Assembly: GCA_964405655.1 (NCBI GenBank)
Contig: CAYOOO010000004.1
Coordinates: 9,013 to 73,012, forward strand
Source of the DNA: an uncultured Gammaproteobacteria bacterium
GTDB lineage: Bacteria; Patescibacteriota; Microgenomatia; Daviesbacterales; UBA10151
Direction: 5' to 3'
DNA: 64,000 nt
Shown here in pieces: positions 9,433-16,328 of the stretch. Position numbers and translations under genes: made by a program. The first letter of the stretch is position 1, and every line of letters begins with the position of its first letter. The notes beneath the pieces were generated by a model. The model saw only the letters and a program-made list of their open reading frames with translations, was not told the origin of the DNA and did no database searches.

Positions 9433-9460
9433 ATTTTGAAGGTATTATACTAAAAGAAAG

Positions 9461-10396
9461 TTATCTTGTCTTAGAAAAGTAGTCAAAAACTTCCTTAGAA
9501 ATATCTGCTAAAAGCTCAACTGCCTCATCCTCATACTTAACATTACTACTCATAAGAACAATTAAATAAGGCTCATTATCCAAAAAAACAATCCCTGCAT
9601 CATGTCTCAGTTTAGATAGTTCAGCAGTTTTATGGGCAATTTTAATATCTTTGGGTAGTTTAGCGGGAATACGATTGTTAAGCCGAGAACTAGATAAAAG
9701 TTCTATTAATTTTTCAGAGGTTTTTTCTGAAACAATTTCTTTTTTGTATAACTTCTCAAAAAAGAGTGTAATATCTGAGGCGTTGGTTGAGATCGGGTCC
9801 TTGATAGTAGTTGACTCTGCGCCAATCATATTAGCCTGCTTTTGAATATTATCCCAGCCTACTTTTTCTGCCAGTAGAATAGACGCATAATTATCTGAAA
9901 GGGTTGCTACACGGGTTAAAGCATCTGATACTGAGTAACTAATTTCATCTCCTTCACTACTGTCATAACCAAACTCCTCAAAACCTAACACATCTTTAAG
10001 ATGGTTTATGGAGGAAGTTAAAACCTGATCCTCTCTAAGTTTTCCCTCTTCAACCTGTTTAAGTGTTGCTGCCATCAGAAAAAGCTTATAAAGCGAGCCT
10101 GAAGGTAGGACCTTTTTTTCATTTAGCGAGTAATGGAGCTTTGATCCTGAACTTAATCCTTTTACAACTATTGCATATTCCCCCACTTGACCATCTAGTT
10201 TTTGTCTGATAATTCTGGCGAGTTTTGGATCTTGAAAGTTAAAACTAAAGGATTTTGAGAAATCAAAAAAACCAACCAGCCCAAGTCTGCCTGCTGATTT
10301 AGGCAGCAGATTAAACTCTAAAAGCAGTTTTGAATAGATTACAAAGTTGATTACTAAAAGCACAGCAATAGTTGCAACTTGAGCAGAGTGTTTCAT
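9461..10396 (-). CDS. Class A beta-lactamase-related serine hydrolase, N-terminal membrane anchor
   Basis: SLYK (SxxK), SDN, HKTA (KTG variant), HDAGIV motifs. Confidence 0.85.
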   Translation of the reverse strand: MKHSAQVATIAVLLVINFVIYSKLLLEFNLLPKSAGRLGLVGFFDFSKSFSFNFQDPKLARIIRQKLDGQVGEYAIVVKGLSSGSKLHYSLNEKKVLPSGSLYKLFLMAATLKQVEEGKLREDQVLTSSINHLKDVLGFEEFGYDSSEGDEISYSVSDALTRVATLSDNYASILLAEKVGWDNIQKQANMIGAESTTIKDPISTNASDITLFFEKLYKKEIVSEKTSEKLIELLSSSRLNNRIPAKLPKDIKIAHKTAELSKLRHDAGIVFLDNEPYLIVLMSSNVKYEDEAVELLADISKEVFDYFSKTR

Positions 10397-10425
10397 CTTA
10401 AGCAGTCTTAATTATATTACTAGAA

Positions 10426-10498
10426 TTACTTGAGAATGACCAAGGGGTTAACAGCAATGTCTTTACTTTAAGATTGCTAATGGATTTACAGCTATGTC
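10426..10498 (-). repeat. Tandem, synonymously diverged duplicate of the last 12 codons of the M23 gene
   Basis: 10498-10463 encodes DIAVNPLAILK*; 10461-10426 encodes DIAVNPLVILK* with different codons. Confidence 0.85.
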
Positions 10499-11584
10499 CT
10501 TATAGTGAACTTCAAAGTGTAAATGAGTACCTGTAGAGCGGCCAGAGGAGCCCATTTGACCGATGGCTTGACCCTGGGAAACAGTTTGACCATTTGAAAC
10601 ATAGATATTTGATAAATGAGCATAAAGGGTTCTGTAACCATTGCCATGGTCGATGACTACCCTATTTCCATAACCATAGTTATCAGGCCAACCAGCCACT
10701 ACTACTGTTCCACTATCTGCTGCTACTATTGTTGGAGCAGACTTATTAGGAATATCTATCCCAGGATGATACCAGGAGAAATACTGCGAGAGACCCCCGC
10801 TGGTAGGCCAAATAAAACTGCCACCACCTGGGGCACTAAAGGCAGGTGAAGTTGGTCCTTGAGCTAAGTATTGAGGCTGGGGTCTTCTAGAGGGTGGGGC
10901 TTTGACTTCAGGAGGAACACCATCCGGAACAATTAAAACTTGACCTACTTTTAGTTTAAAATCATCAGGAATATCGTTAAATGGAAAATCTACAATTCCT
11001 TGAGATTCAGCAGAATATTTTTTGGCTACAGATTCTAAAGTATCACCTTCTTTCACTGTGTGAGCTACGCCTGATACAGGCAGAATCTTGAGTTTTTGCC
11101 CAGGTTTTATATTGTTAACTGACTGCAGGTTATTTGCCCATTTTAATGTTTCAATTGAGATATTAAATTTTTGAGCAATTTCAGAAGCTGTTTCACCGCT
11201 TTTTACTTCATATTCAATAATTTCAGAGCGGGGTTTTTGAGACACTAAGGTTTGTAAGTCTTGTAGAGAATTAACACTAACCCCTGATGCATAAGGATCA
11301 AAAGTTTGAATCAACCTTGGATCCTGTCCGCCAATCCCTGGAAAAGATGAGGAAAGAACCGATTCACCTCCAAATACCCCCGAGGTGAGTATTCCTATAG
11401 AGGCTAAGCCAACCATAGAAGTATGCCAGACGCTCTTTTGAAACTTACCTCGCTTCAACATCAAAAGCTCAACGGAAATGTTCTTAAACTGTTCAAACTT
11501 GTAGACAATTCTTTTTGTCTTACGGGAATGGTAGATAACTAAGAATTTAAAAAGAGACTTGAAGTCATCTGCGACGGAATTCAC
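10463..11584 (-). CDS. LysM-LysM-M23 peptidoglycan endopeptidase
   Basis: Two LysM repeats (YEVKSGET, HTVKEGDTL); M23 motifs HPGID, YAHL, STGTHLHFEV. GTG at 11584 fits the extended -10 TGTTAAAAT at 11593-11601 (track start 11590). Confidence 0.92.
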   Translation of the reverse strand: MNSVADDFKSLFKFLVIYHSRKTKRIVYKFEQFKNISVELLMLKRGKFQKSVWHTSMVGLASIGILTSGVFGGESVLSSSFPGIGGQDPRLIQTFDPYASGVSVNSLQDLQTLVSQKPRSEIIEYEVKSGETASEIAQKFNISIETLKWANNLQSVNNIKPGQKLKILPVSGVAHTVKEGDTLESVAKKYSAESQGIVDFPFNDIPDDFKLKVGQVLIVPDGVPPEVKAPPSRRPQPQYLAQGPTSPAFSAPGGGSFIWPTSGGLSQYFSWYHPGIDIPNKSAPTIVAADSGTVVVAGWPDNYGYGNRVVIDHGNGYRTLYAHLSNIYVSNGQTVSQGQAIGQMGSSGRSTGTHLHFEVHYKDIAVNPLAILK

Positions 11585-11671
11585 AACCAACTATTTTAAC
11601 AGATTAATTCCAGGGGCTGTCAAATTTTACTTCCCCGCCAATGGCGTGAGGCAAGGTTCTTTGAAAGGTCC

Positions 11672-12958
11672 TTACTTGACGTCTTTGAGCGAAGTTAAGA
11701 ACTCTAAATTATTATCAGTTTTAGAAAGTCTTTCTAAAAAGACCTCTGTTCTTTCTGAATCATTTAAGATACCGAGCATTCTTCTCATGATCACTATCTG
11801 TTTGTAAAGTTCCTCAGGGAAAAGCAACTGCTCTTGTCTGGTACTTGAGGCTTCTATATCAATTGCGGGATAGGTTCTTCTCTCAGCCAGACCCCTATCC
11901 AGATGAAGCTCCATATTGCCAGTACCTTTAAATTCCTCATAAATCAAATCATCCATTCTGGAACCAGTATCAACTAAAGCTGTACCAATAATAGTTAGCG
12001 ATCCACCTTCTTCACAGTTTCTGGCTGCCCCAAAAAAGTGCTTAGGAGGATATAAAGCAACAGGATCAAAACCACCTGAAAGTGTTCTGCCAGAGGGTGG
12101 AACTACTAAGTTATAAGCCCGGCCCAATCTGGTGATAGAATCCAGTAGGATAACTACATCTTTCCCCTCTTCTACCAGTCGTTTTGCCCTTTCTAGGGCT
12201 ATTTCTGCAGCTCTGGTCTGATTTTCTGCTGGTTCATCAAAGTTAGAGGCAATTACATCTCCTTTAATACTTCTTGAGATATCAGTTACCTCCTCAGGTC
12301 TTTCCCCTACTAAAACTGCCATTAAGATTACATCAGGGTGATTTTTAGCAATGCCTGAGGCAATATCTTTTAAGATAGTAGTTTTACCAGCCTTGGGAGG
12401 AGAAACTACTAAACCTCTTTGACCAAAACCAATTGGGGCTACTAGATCAATTACTCTTTGAGAGAGAGGGTGCTTACCAGTCTCCAATTTAATCTGTTTG
12501 TTAGGATAGATCGCTGTTAGATCTTCAAACTTAACCCTTTTAACCCTACCGCCGTTTTCAGAAACTAGCTTCTCAGCATCTTTACCATTAACAGTTTTTA
12601 CCTGAAGCAGACCAAAGTAACGCTCGTTTTCTTTAGGTTGCCTGGCTCCGCCTTCAATAAAATCTCCCTCTCTTAAGTTGAATCGTCTAATCTGGCTAGC
12701 TGAGATGTAAACATCTCTATCTGATGGGATAAATTTTGGTCTTAAGAACCCATGCCCTTCAGGCATAATATCCAAATAGCCTGCTACTTCCTCAGTCGGT
12801 ACATCTCTCATCTGCTCGGTTGGTCTCCTGTATCTAGGTACTTGATCTCCACTATCTTCTGATTCTGATCTTTGTCCCACTAGATCCTCAGCCTCCAAGG
12901 TTTTAGTGCTATCTGTATCTGAAGAAGTTTTAGGTTTAAACGAGCGTGTATTTGCCAT
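11672..12958 (-). CDS. rho: Transcription termination factor Rho
   Basis: DVYISASQIRRFNLREGD RNA-binding domain, PPKAGKT Walker A, ERPEEVTD, LLDSITRL, FFGAARN, YEEFKGTGNMELHL. Confidence 0.98.
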   Translation of the reverse strand: MANTRSFKPKTSSDTDSTKTLEAEDLVGQRSESEDSGDQVPRYRRPTEQMRDVPTEEVAGYLDIMPEGHGFLRPKFIPSDRDVYISASQIRRFNLREGDFIEGGARQPKENERYFGLLQVKTVNGKDAEKLVSENGGRVKRVKFEDLTAIYPNKQIKLETGKHPLSQRVIDLVAPIGFGQRGLVVSPPKAGKTTILKDIASGIAKNHPDVILMAVLVGERPEEVTDISRSIKGDVIASNFDEPAENQTRAAEIALERAKRLVEEGKDVVILLDSITRLGRAYNLVVPPSGRTLSGGFDPVALYPPKHFFGAARNCEEGGSLTIIGTALVDTGSRMDDLIYEEFKGTGNMELHLDRGLAERRTYPAIDIEASSTRQEQLLFPEELYKQIVIMRRMLGILNDSERTEVFLERLSKTDNNLEFLTSLKDVK

Positions 12959-13117
12959 AGTTTTGGAATATTAAAAAGTAAAGATTAAAAACATCTAGAA
13001 AATTTAACTATTTTTGAATTTTGTTCTGTCTATTTTGATTTTTGATATTTTACCTTTTGATCGTGATTTGGGAAAACGTTAGAGGTTTAACGTAGCCTAA
13101 TTGAACCATACCATCTC

Positions 13118-14314
13118 TTACCTGTCAAGAGCGAACTGTCTCTCTTCCCAAATGAAATTGGCAGTGAAAGAATCTTTGTCTAACCTACCAAATTTTCTTA
13201 ACCTCAAACCAAGAGGCAGTAATCCTCCAAGTAAGGCACCGGCAAAAGGTAAACCAGTTTTAGGAAGTTCTTGAACCTTAGTATCGCCAGCTGCCATGAC
13301 TACTCTTGGTTGAGCTTGAGTTGTCACTACTCTCTCTACAGGAACCTCTCTAACTGTTTCCCTGACAACAGGGATCTCTCTTATCACGGTTTCCGGTGAA
13401 GGCTGGGGGAAATTAATTGTTTGTTCTTGACGTTGGCTATTTCTTATATTATTGGTGACTGAAGCAGAACTTCTGCTTGAGCTCGAACTATTACTTGAGG
13501 AGCTAGCTCTTCCACCCTCTGCCCTGACATCAATATTGATAGGTTGTGACTGTGGAAAAGGACCACTACCAGCTCTCTCTGCTTGCTGAGGTCTTGATGG
13601 TTGAGTTGGCTGTGATGGTTGTCCTGGAAATGGACCTGAACCAGGCTGTGGGCCAGCTTGTGGTCTTGGTGGAACAGGTGAGGTCTGAGATGAACCCCTG
13701 CCTGGGAAATCAAAGTCGCCTCCAGCTGGACCAGAACCTCCTGGAAATGGACCTGAACCAGGCTGTGGGCCACCATCAGCTGTTTGATTCCACCAATCTG
13801 TAGTGGGTTCAGTTTGGCCTTGGAAAAAATCAGAGGCCTCATCACCTGCTGTTTGATTCCACCAATCTGTAGTTGGATTTTGCTCACCCTGGAAGAAATC
13901 AGAGGCTGTGTTTTCCCACTGATTATCTTGTGGGCCAGTATCTGCTCCTTGATAGTCTATTGGTGGTTGCCAATCCCAGGTTGAACCTGCCGGTTGGTCA
14001 CCATCAGCTGTTTGATTCCACCAATCTGTAGTGGGTCCTTGGGTTGACTGAGAAAAATCTGAACCTGTATTTTCCCATTGATTATCTTGCGGACCTGTAT
14101 CTGCTCCTGTATACCAGTTATTACCGCTGTTACTATCAGTTGGATTCCACCAATCATCTTCTTGGGCATGAGCTGAGGTAGGTCCTTTTTGAAGAAAACC
14201 CCCAATAAGAGCTTGCTGAGTTCCAAAAGTTAGCATTAGGATAGTTAAACCAACTAAAAAGTAGTTTTTGAATCTTTTCCAATATAGACTAGTAAGAAGA
14301 GTTCTGAAGTTCAT
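13118..14314 (-). CDS. Secreted repeat-rich surface protein with LPKTG-type sorting signal
   Basis: Signal peptide ending AHA|Q; DWWNQTA and GPQPGSGPFP repeats; ELPKTG + hydrophobic segment + RLRK; SD AAGGAG. Confidence 0.8.
   Translation of the reverse strand: MNFRTLLTSLYWKRFKNYFLVGLTILMLTFGTQQALIGGFLQKGPTSAHAQEDDWWNPTDSNSGNNWYTGADTGPQDNQWENTGSDFSQSTQGPTTDWWNQTADGDQPAGSTWDWQPPIDYQGADTGPQDNQWENTASDFFQGEQNPTTDWWNQTAGDEASDFFQGQTEPTTDWWNQTADGGPQPGSGPFPGGSGPAGGDFDFPGRGSSQTSPVPPRPQAGPQPGSGPFPGQPSQPTQPSRPQQAERAGSGPFPQSQPINIDVRAEGGRASSSSNSSSSSRSSASVTNNIRNSQRQEQTINFPQPSPETVIREIPVVRETVREVPVERVVTTQAQPRVVMAAGDTKVQELPKTGLPFAGALLGGLLPLGLRLRKFGRLDKDSFTANFIWEERQFALDR
13622..14110. repeat. Intragenic in-frame direct repeats
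   Basis: 34-bp exact repeat at 13622-13655 and 13739-13772; 38-bp exact repeat at 13771-13808 and 13999-14036, with a 26-bp third copy at 13848-13873; GADTGPQDNQWENT encoded twice. Confidence 0.9.
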
Positions 14315-14362
14315 ATGTTTTTAGCTCCTTTAAGTTAAGAGTTACCAATCGCGGTTTTTCTC

Positions 14363-15376
14363 TTAAGGGTAATAAGGAGGGGTAGCCCTTCTTCGTCTGA
14401 TAAAAGCCCAAACGGCTGCACCAGCCGCAGCAACGGCTGCTACACCAGCGGCAACCCAAGCCCAACCAGGAATTTCTGGACCTCTACCTGTACCTCCTCC
14501 TGGAGGAGTAACAGTTGGTGTTGGTCTGGCTGGCATACCCAGTTCTTGAGCGCGCTTATTAGCAGCGTCTCTTAGAGCCTGAGTAGCTGCAGAAGGTGTA
14601 GCCTCTGCTGGAGGATTTGATTTTAATGGGGTCATACCTTTAGGAGCTTGCTCAGGTTTAACAGGTTGATCCTTAGGATGAATAACCTCTGCTACATTGG
14701 TTTTCTTTGCACACTCCATAGGATTCAGCTTGGCGTTATAACCATTATCTAAAGACTCAACGCTAGCACCTTCTAAGTGTCGGCCGTCAGCACTATTAGC
14801 TTTGGCCATAACTTGAACTATTTCCCCTCCAGAGCTCATTTCCACTCCATGACCTTGTGGGTTACTGACAAAGGTCAATCCTCTGGTAGAGCCTACTTTT
14901 CTGTAAACTGTTTTTCCACCCTCTTGAGATTGTTTATAAACATCAACATCCATTGGGAAGCTGACAAATGCTCTTCTCCAATTACCATTAACTCTATATT
15001 CAAGCTGTAAAGGACATTGCTCTTTAAAATTTAATGGGGCTCTAGTGGGGGCTGCAGTTGGAGCAGCTGGTTGTTTAGCAGCTTGAGCTGAAACAGTATC
15101 AGGTGATCCTAAGAATAAAGCAGCTAGTCCTGCAGCAGCAACAGAAGTCCCTGCAACTCTGGCAAATCTGCCTCTGCTTTGTCTTCTTCTAATAGATATC
15201 GGAGTTGGTTCTGAGGCATGAGCAGCAACTATTACACTGCCTGATATAACATCATCTAATACTTGGGCAAATTTTTGTTCTGGGGTTAAAGCTTGATAAG
15301 CCCTTTCTGCAACACGGGCATCCCAAGGTTGTAGTTCTGTCTCTGTTATTGGTTGTGCGGCTGTTCTTTCGGTCAT
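14363..15376 (-). CDS. Secreted protein with Pro/Ala-rich linker and C-terminal TM + RRRR anchor
   Basis: ATG 15376 (MTERT); the track's TTG at 15421 is the -35 box. Internal Arg-rich signal ending VSA|Q; tail EIPGWAWVAAGVAAVAAAGAAVWAFIRRRR. Confidence 0.75.
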   Translation of the reverse strand: MTERTAAQPITETELQPWDARVAERAYQALTPEQKFAQVLDDVISGSVIVAAHASEPTPISIRRRQSRGRFARVAGTSVAAAGLAALFLGSPDTVSAQAAKQPAAPTAAPTRAPLNFKEQCPLQLEYRVNGNWRRAFVSFPMDVDVYKQSQEGGKTVYRKVGSTRGLTFVSNPQGHGVEMSSGGEIVQVMAKANSADGRHLEGASVESLDNGYNAKLNPMECAKKTNVAEVIHPKDQPVKPEQAPKGMTPLKSNPPAEATPSAATQALRDAANKRAQELGMPARPTPTVTPPGGGTGRGPEIPGWAWVAAGVAAVAAAGAAVWAFIRRRRATPPYYP

Positions 15377-15392
15377 ATGATTTTGACTGCAA

Positions 15393-15421
15393 ATTATACT
15401 ATGAGATATCTTAAAAGTCAA
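15393..15421 (-). promoter_or_regulatory. Sigma70 promoter (proximal)
   Basis: TTGACT-17-TATAAT. Confidence 0.8.
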
Positions 15422-15471
15422 ATTAGAGCTATGTAAGAAAAATCTCTAATCTGATTTTCAATCAGTACAGT

Positions 15472-15500
15472 ATTATAGGTCCTTTTTATATAATTGTCAA
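15472..15500 (-). promoter_or_regulatory. Sigma70 promoter (distal, perfect consensus)
   Basis: TTGACA-17-TATAAT. Confidence 0.8.
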
Positions 15501-15713
15501 TGGTCTATTTTAGCTTCATTTTCTTCTATATATTATTATGCTATGAGAAATTTTCAACAATTACTATAGAAAAGCAAAATTACTAGAGGATATATATAAA
15601 TGTAGTTTTGTGGATAACCTATCAGTAGTGGTGGAAAAGTAGCAAGATAAACCTCTTATACATAAAATCTAATGGGAAAGTATAAAGCTTAACCGGACTA
15701 TTTCGTAGAAAAA

Positions 15714-15843
15714 CTTATTGTAAAAGACTGAAGTGATATCTGAATCTGTCCGAAAACTGATGACCAACATTGGAGACTAGTCCCTGCCCTAGACTAGTCT
15801 CCAATGTCAATCACCAATCCAAGCCACTAATTCCTCCAATAAA
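15714..15843 (-). ncRNA. Candidate rod-shaped structured RNA (~130 nt)
   Basis: 16-bp perfect inverted repeat (15767-82/15792-807) extends to 29 contiguous pairs only on the minus strand (7 G-U); outer stem TTATTG-GAGGA...TCTTT-CAATAA; asymmetric internal bubble. Confidence 0.5.
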
Positions 15844-15851
15844 ATTACCTC

Positions 15852-15884
15852 TTGACAAGATCTAGAATTTATGAAATTCTAGAT
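15852..15884 (+). promoter_or_regulatory. Promoter overlapped by an 11-bp palindrome (operator-like)
   Basis: TTGACA (15852-57), TG-A-AATTCT at 17-nt spacing (imperfect -10); ATCTAGAATTT-atg-AAATTCTAGAT at 15860-15884. Confidence 0.5.
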
Positions 15885-15885
15885 A

Positions 15886-15983
15886 GTGAAAATATGATTT
15901 TTTCTGCTCTAAAATCATATTTTCGTAATTAATAAAAAGGGCATTGCTATTCGAGTCCGTCTGCGGTAGTAATGCTCTTTTTT
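15886..15983 (+). ncRNA. Candidate ~98-nt two-hairpin small RNA
   Basis: Begins at the expected TSS; 14-bp perfect stem plus 2 G-U pairs with loop UUCUGCUCU, followed by a terminator hairpin. Confidence 0.5.
15934..15983 (+). terminator. Intrinsic terminator (possibly weakly bidirectional)
   Basis: AAAAAGGGCATTGCTATT / GGTAGTAATGCTCTTTTTT: 18-bp stem with 4 G-U pairs valid on the + strand, ending in a T run. Confidence 0.7.
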
Positions 15984-15987
15984 GTGC

Positions 15988-16131
15988 TTAATTTCTGACC
16001 ATCAATATTAATCTTTGATCAGCATTGGAAAAAATCTTCTTAACTTGAGCATCTGCATCAGTAGCTGAAGCTCTAGCTACTTTTCTGCTCTCTCGTCTTC
16101 TACTGTCTTTTTTAAGGTTTAAATTAATCAT
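15988..16131 (-). CDS. Small basic hypothetical protein (47 aa)
   Basis: MINLNLKKDSRRRESRKVARASATDADAQVKKIFSNADQRLILMVRN; lies directly behind a strong promoter and ends at the terminator. Confidence 0.5.
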   Translation of the reverse strand: MINLNLKKDSRRRESRKVARASATDADAQVKKIFSNADQRLILMVRN

Positions 16132-16147
16132 TTTTGGGTTCTCTGAA

Positions 16148-16176
16148 AACATAGCATAACAAAAACTATTTGTCAA
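16148..16176 (-). promoter_or_regulatory. Sigma70 promoter with extended -10
   Basis: TTGACA-17-TATGTT preceded by TG-n. Confidence 0.75.
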
Positions 16177-16328
16177 GATTTTAAAAACCCATAGCATAAA
16201 CTAACAGTTTTTTTCTATAACCTAGAGTATTATAAAGAGGATATCAGGCTCAATTTAGACTGCTACAACAATCTAAATACGAAGGATATTTTCGCTTTTG
16301 CACAAATAAAAAAGCTTTGTGGATAACT

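Larger units (their letters stand above)
15551..16326. promoter_or_regulatory. DnaA-box cluster (possible oriC or DnaA-titration locus)
   Basis: Perfect TGTGGATAA at 15609-15617 and 16318-16326; TTTTGCACA at 16296-16304; near matches TTTTCAACA (15551) and TTATACATA (15656); AT-rich tract next to the first box. Confidence 0.5.

Noticed and set aside
9461-10396. Acquired antibiotic-resistance beta-lactamase
   Set aside because: Membrane-anchored, KTA instead of KTG, no evident class A omega-loop ExxLN motif, no mobile context; more likely an envelope hydrolase.
13622-14110. 26-38 bp direct repeats resembling a CRISPR array
   Set aside because: All are in-frame within a secreted-protein gene, with irregular spacing and related intervening sequence; no cas genes in the window.
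15751-15813. CTGATGA next to GAAA and a long stem (hammerhead ribozyme?)
   Set aside because: GAAA lies before rather than after the putative stem II, and the stem's G-U pattern favours the opposite strand.
15807-15837. GGAGG + GTG micro-ORF (MAWIGD*) on the minus strand
   Set aside because: Only 6 codons with no further coding support; better explained as part of the structured RNA.
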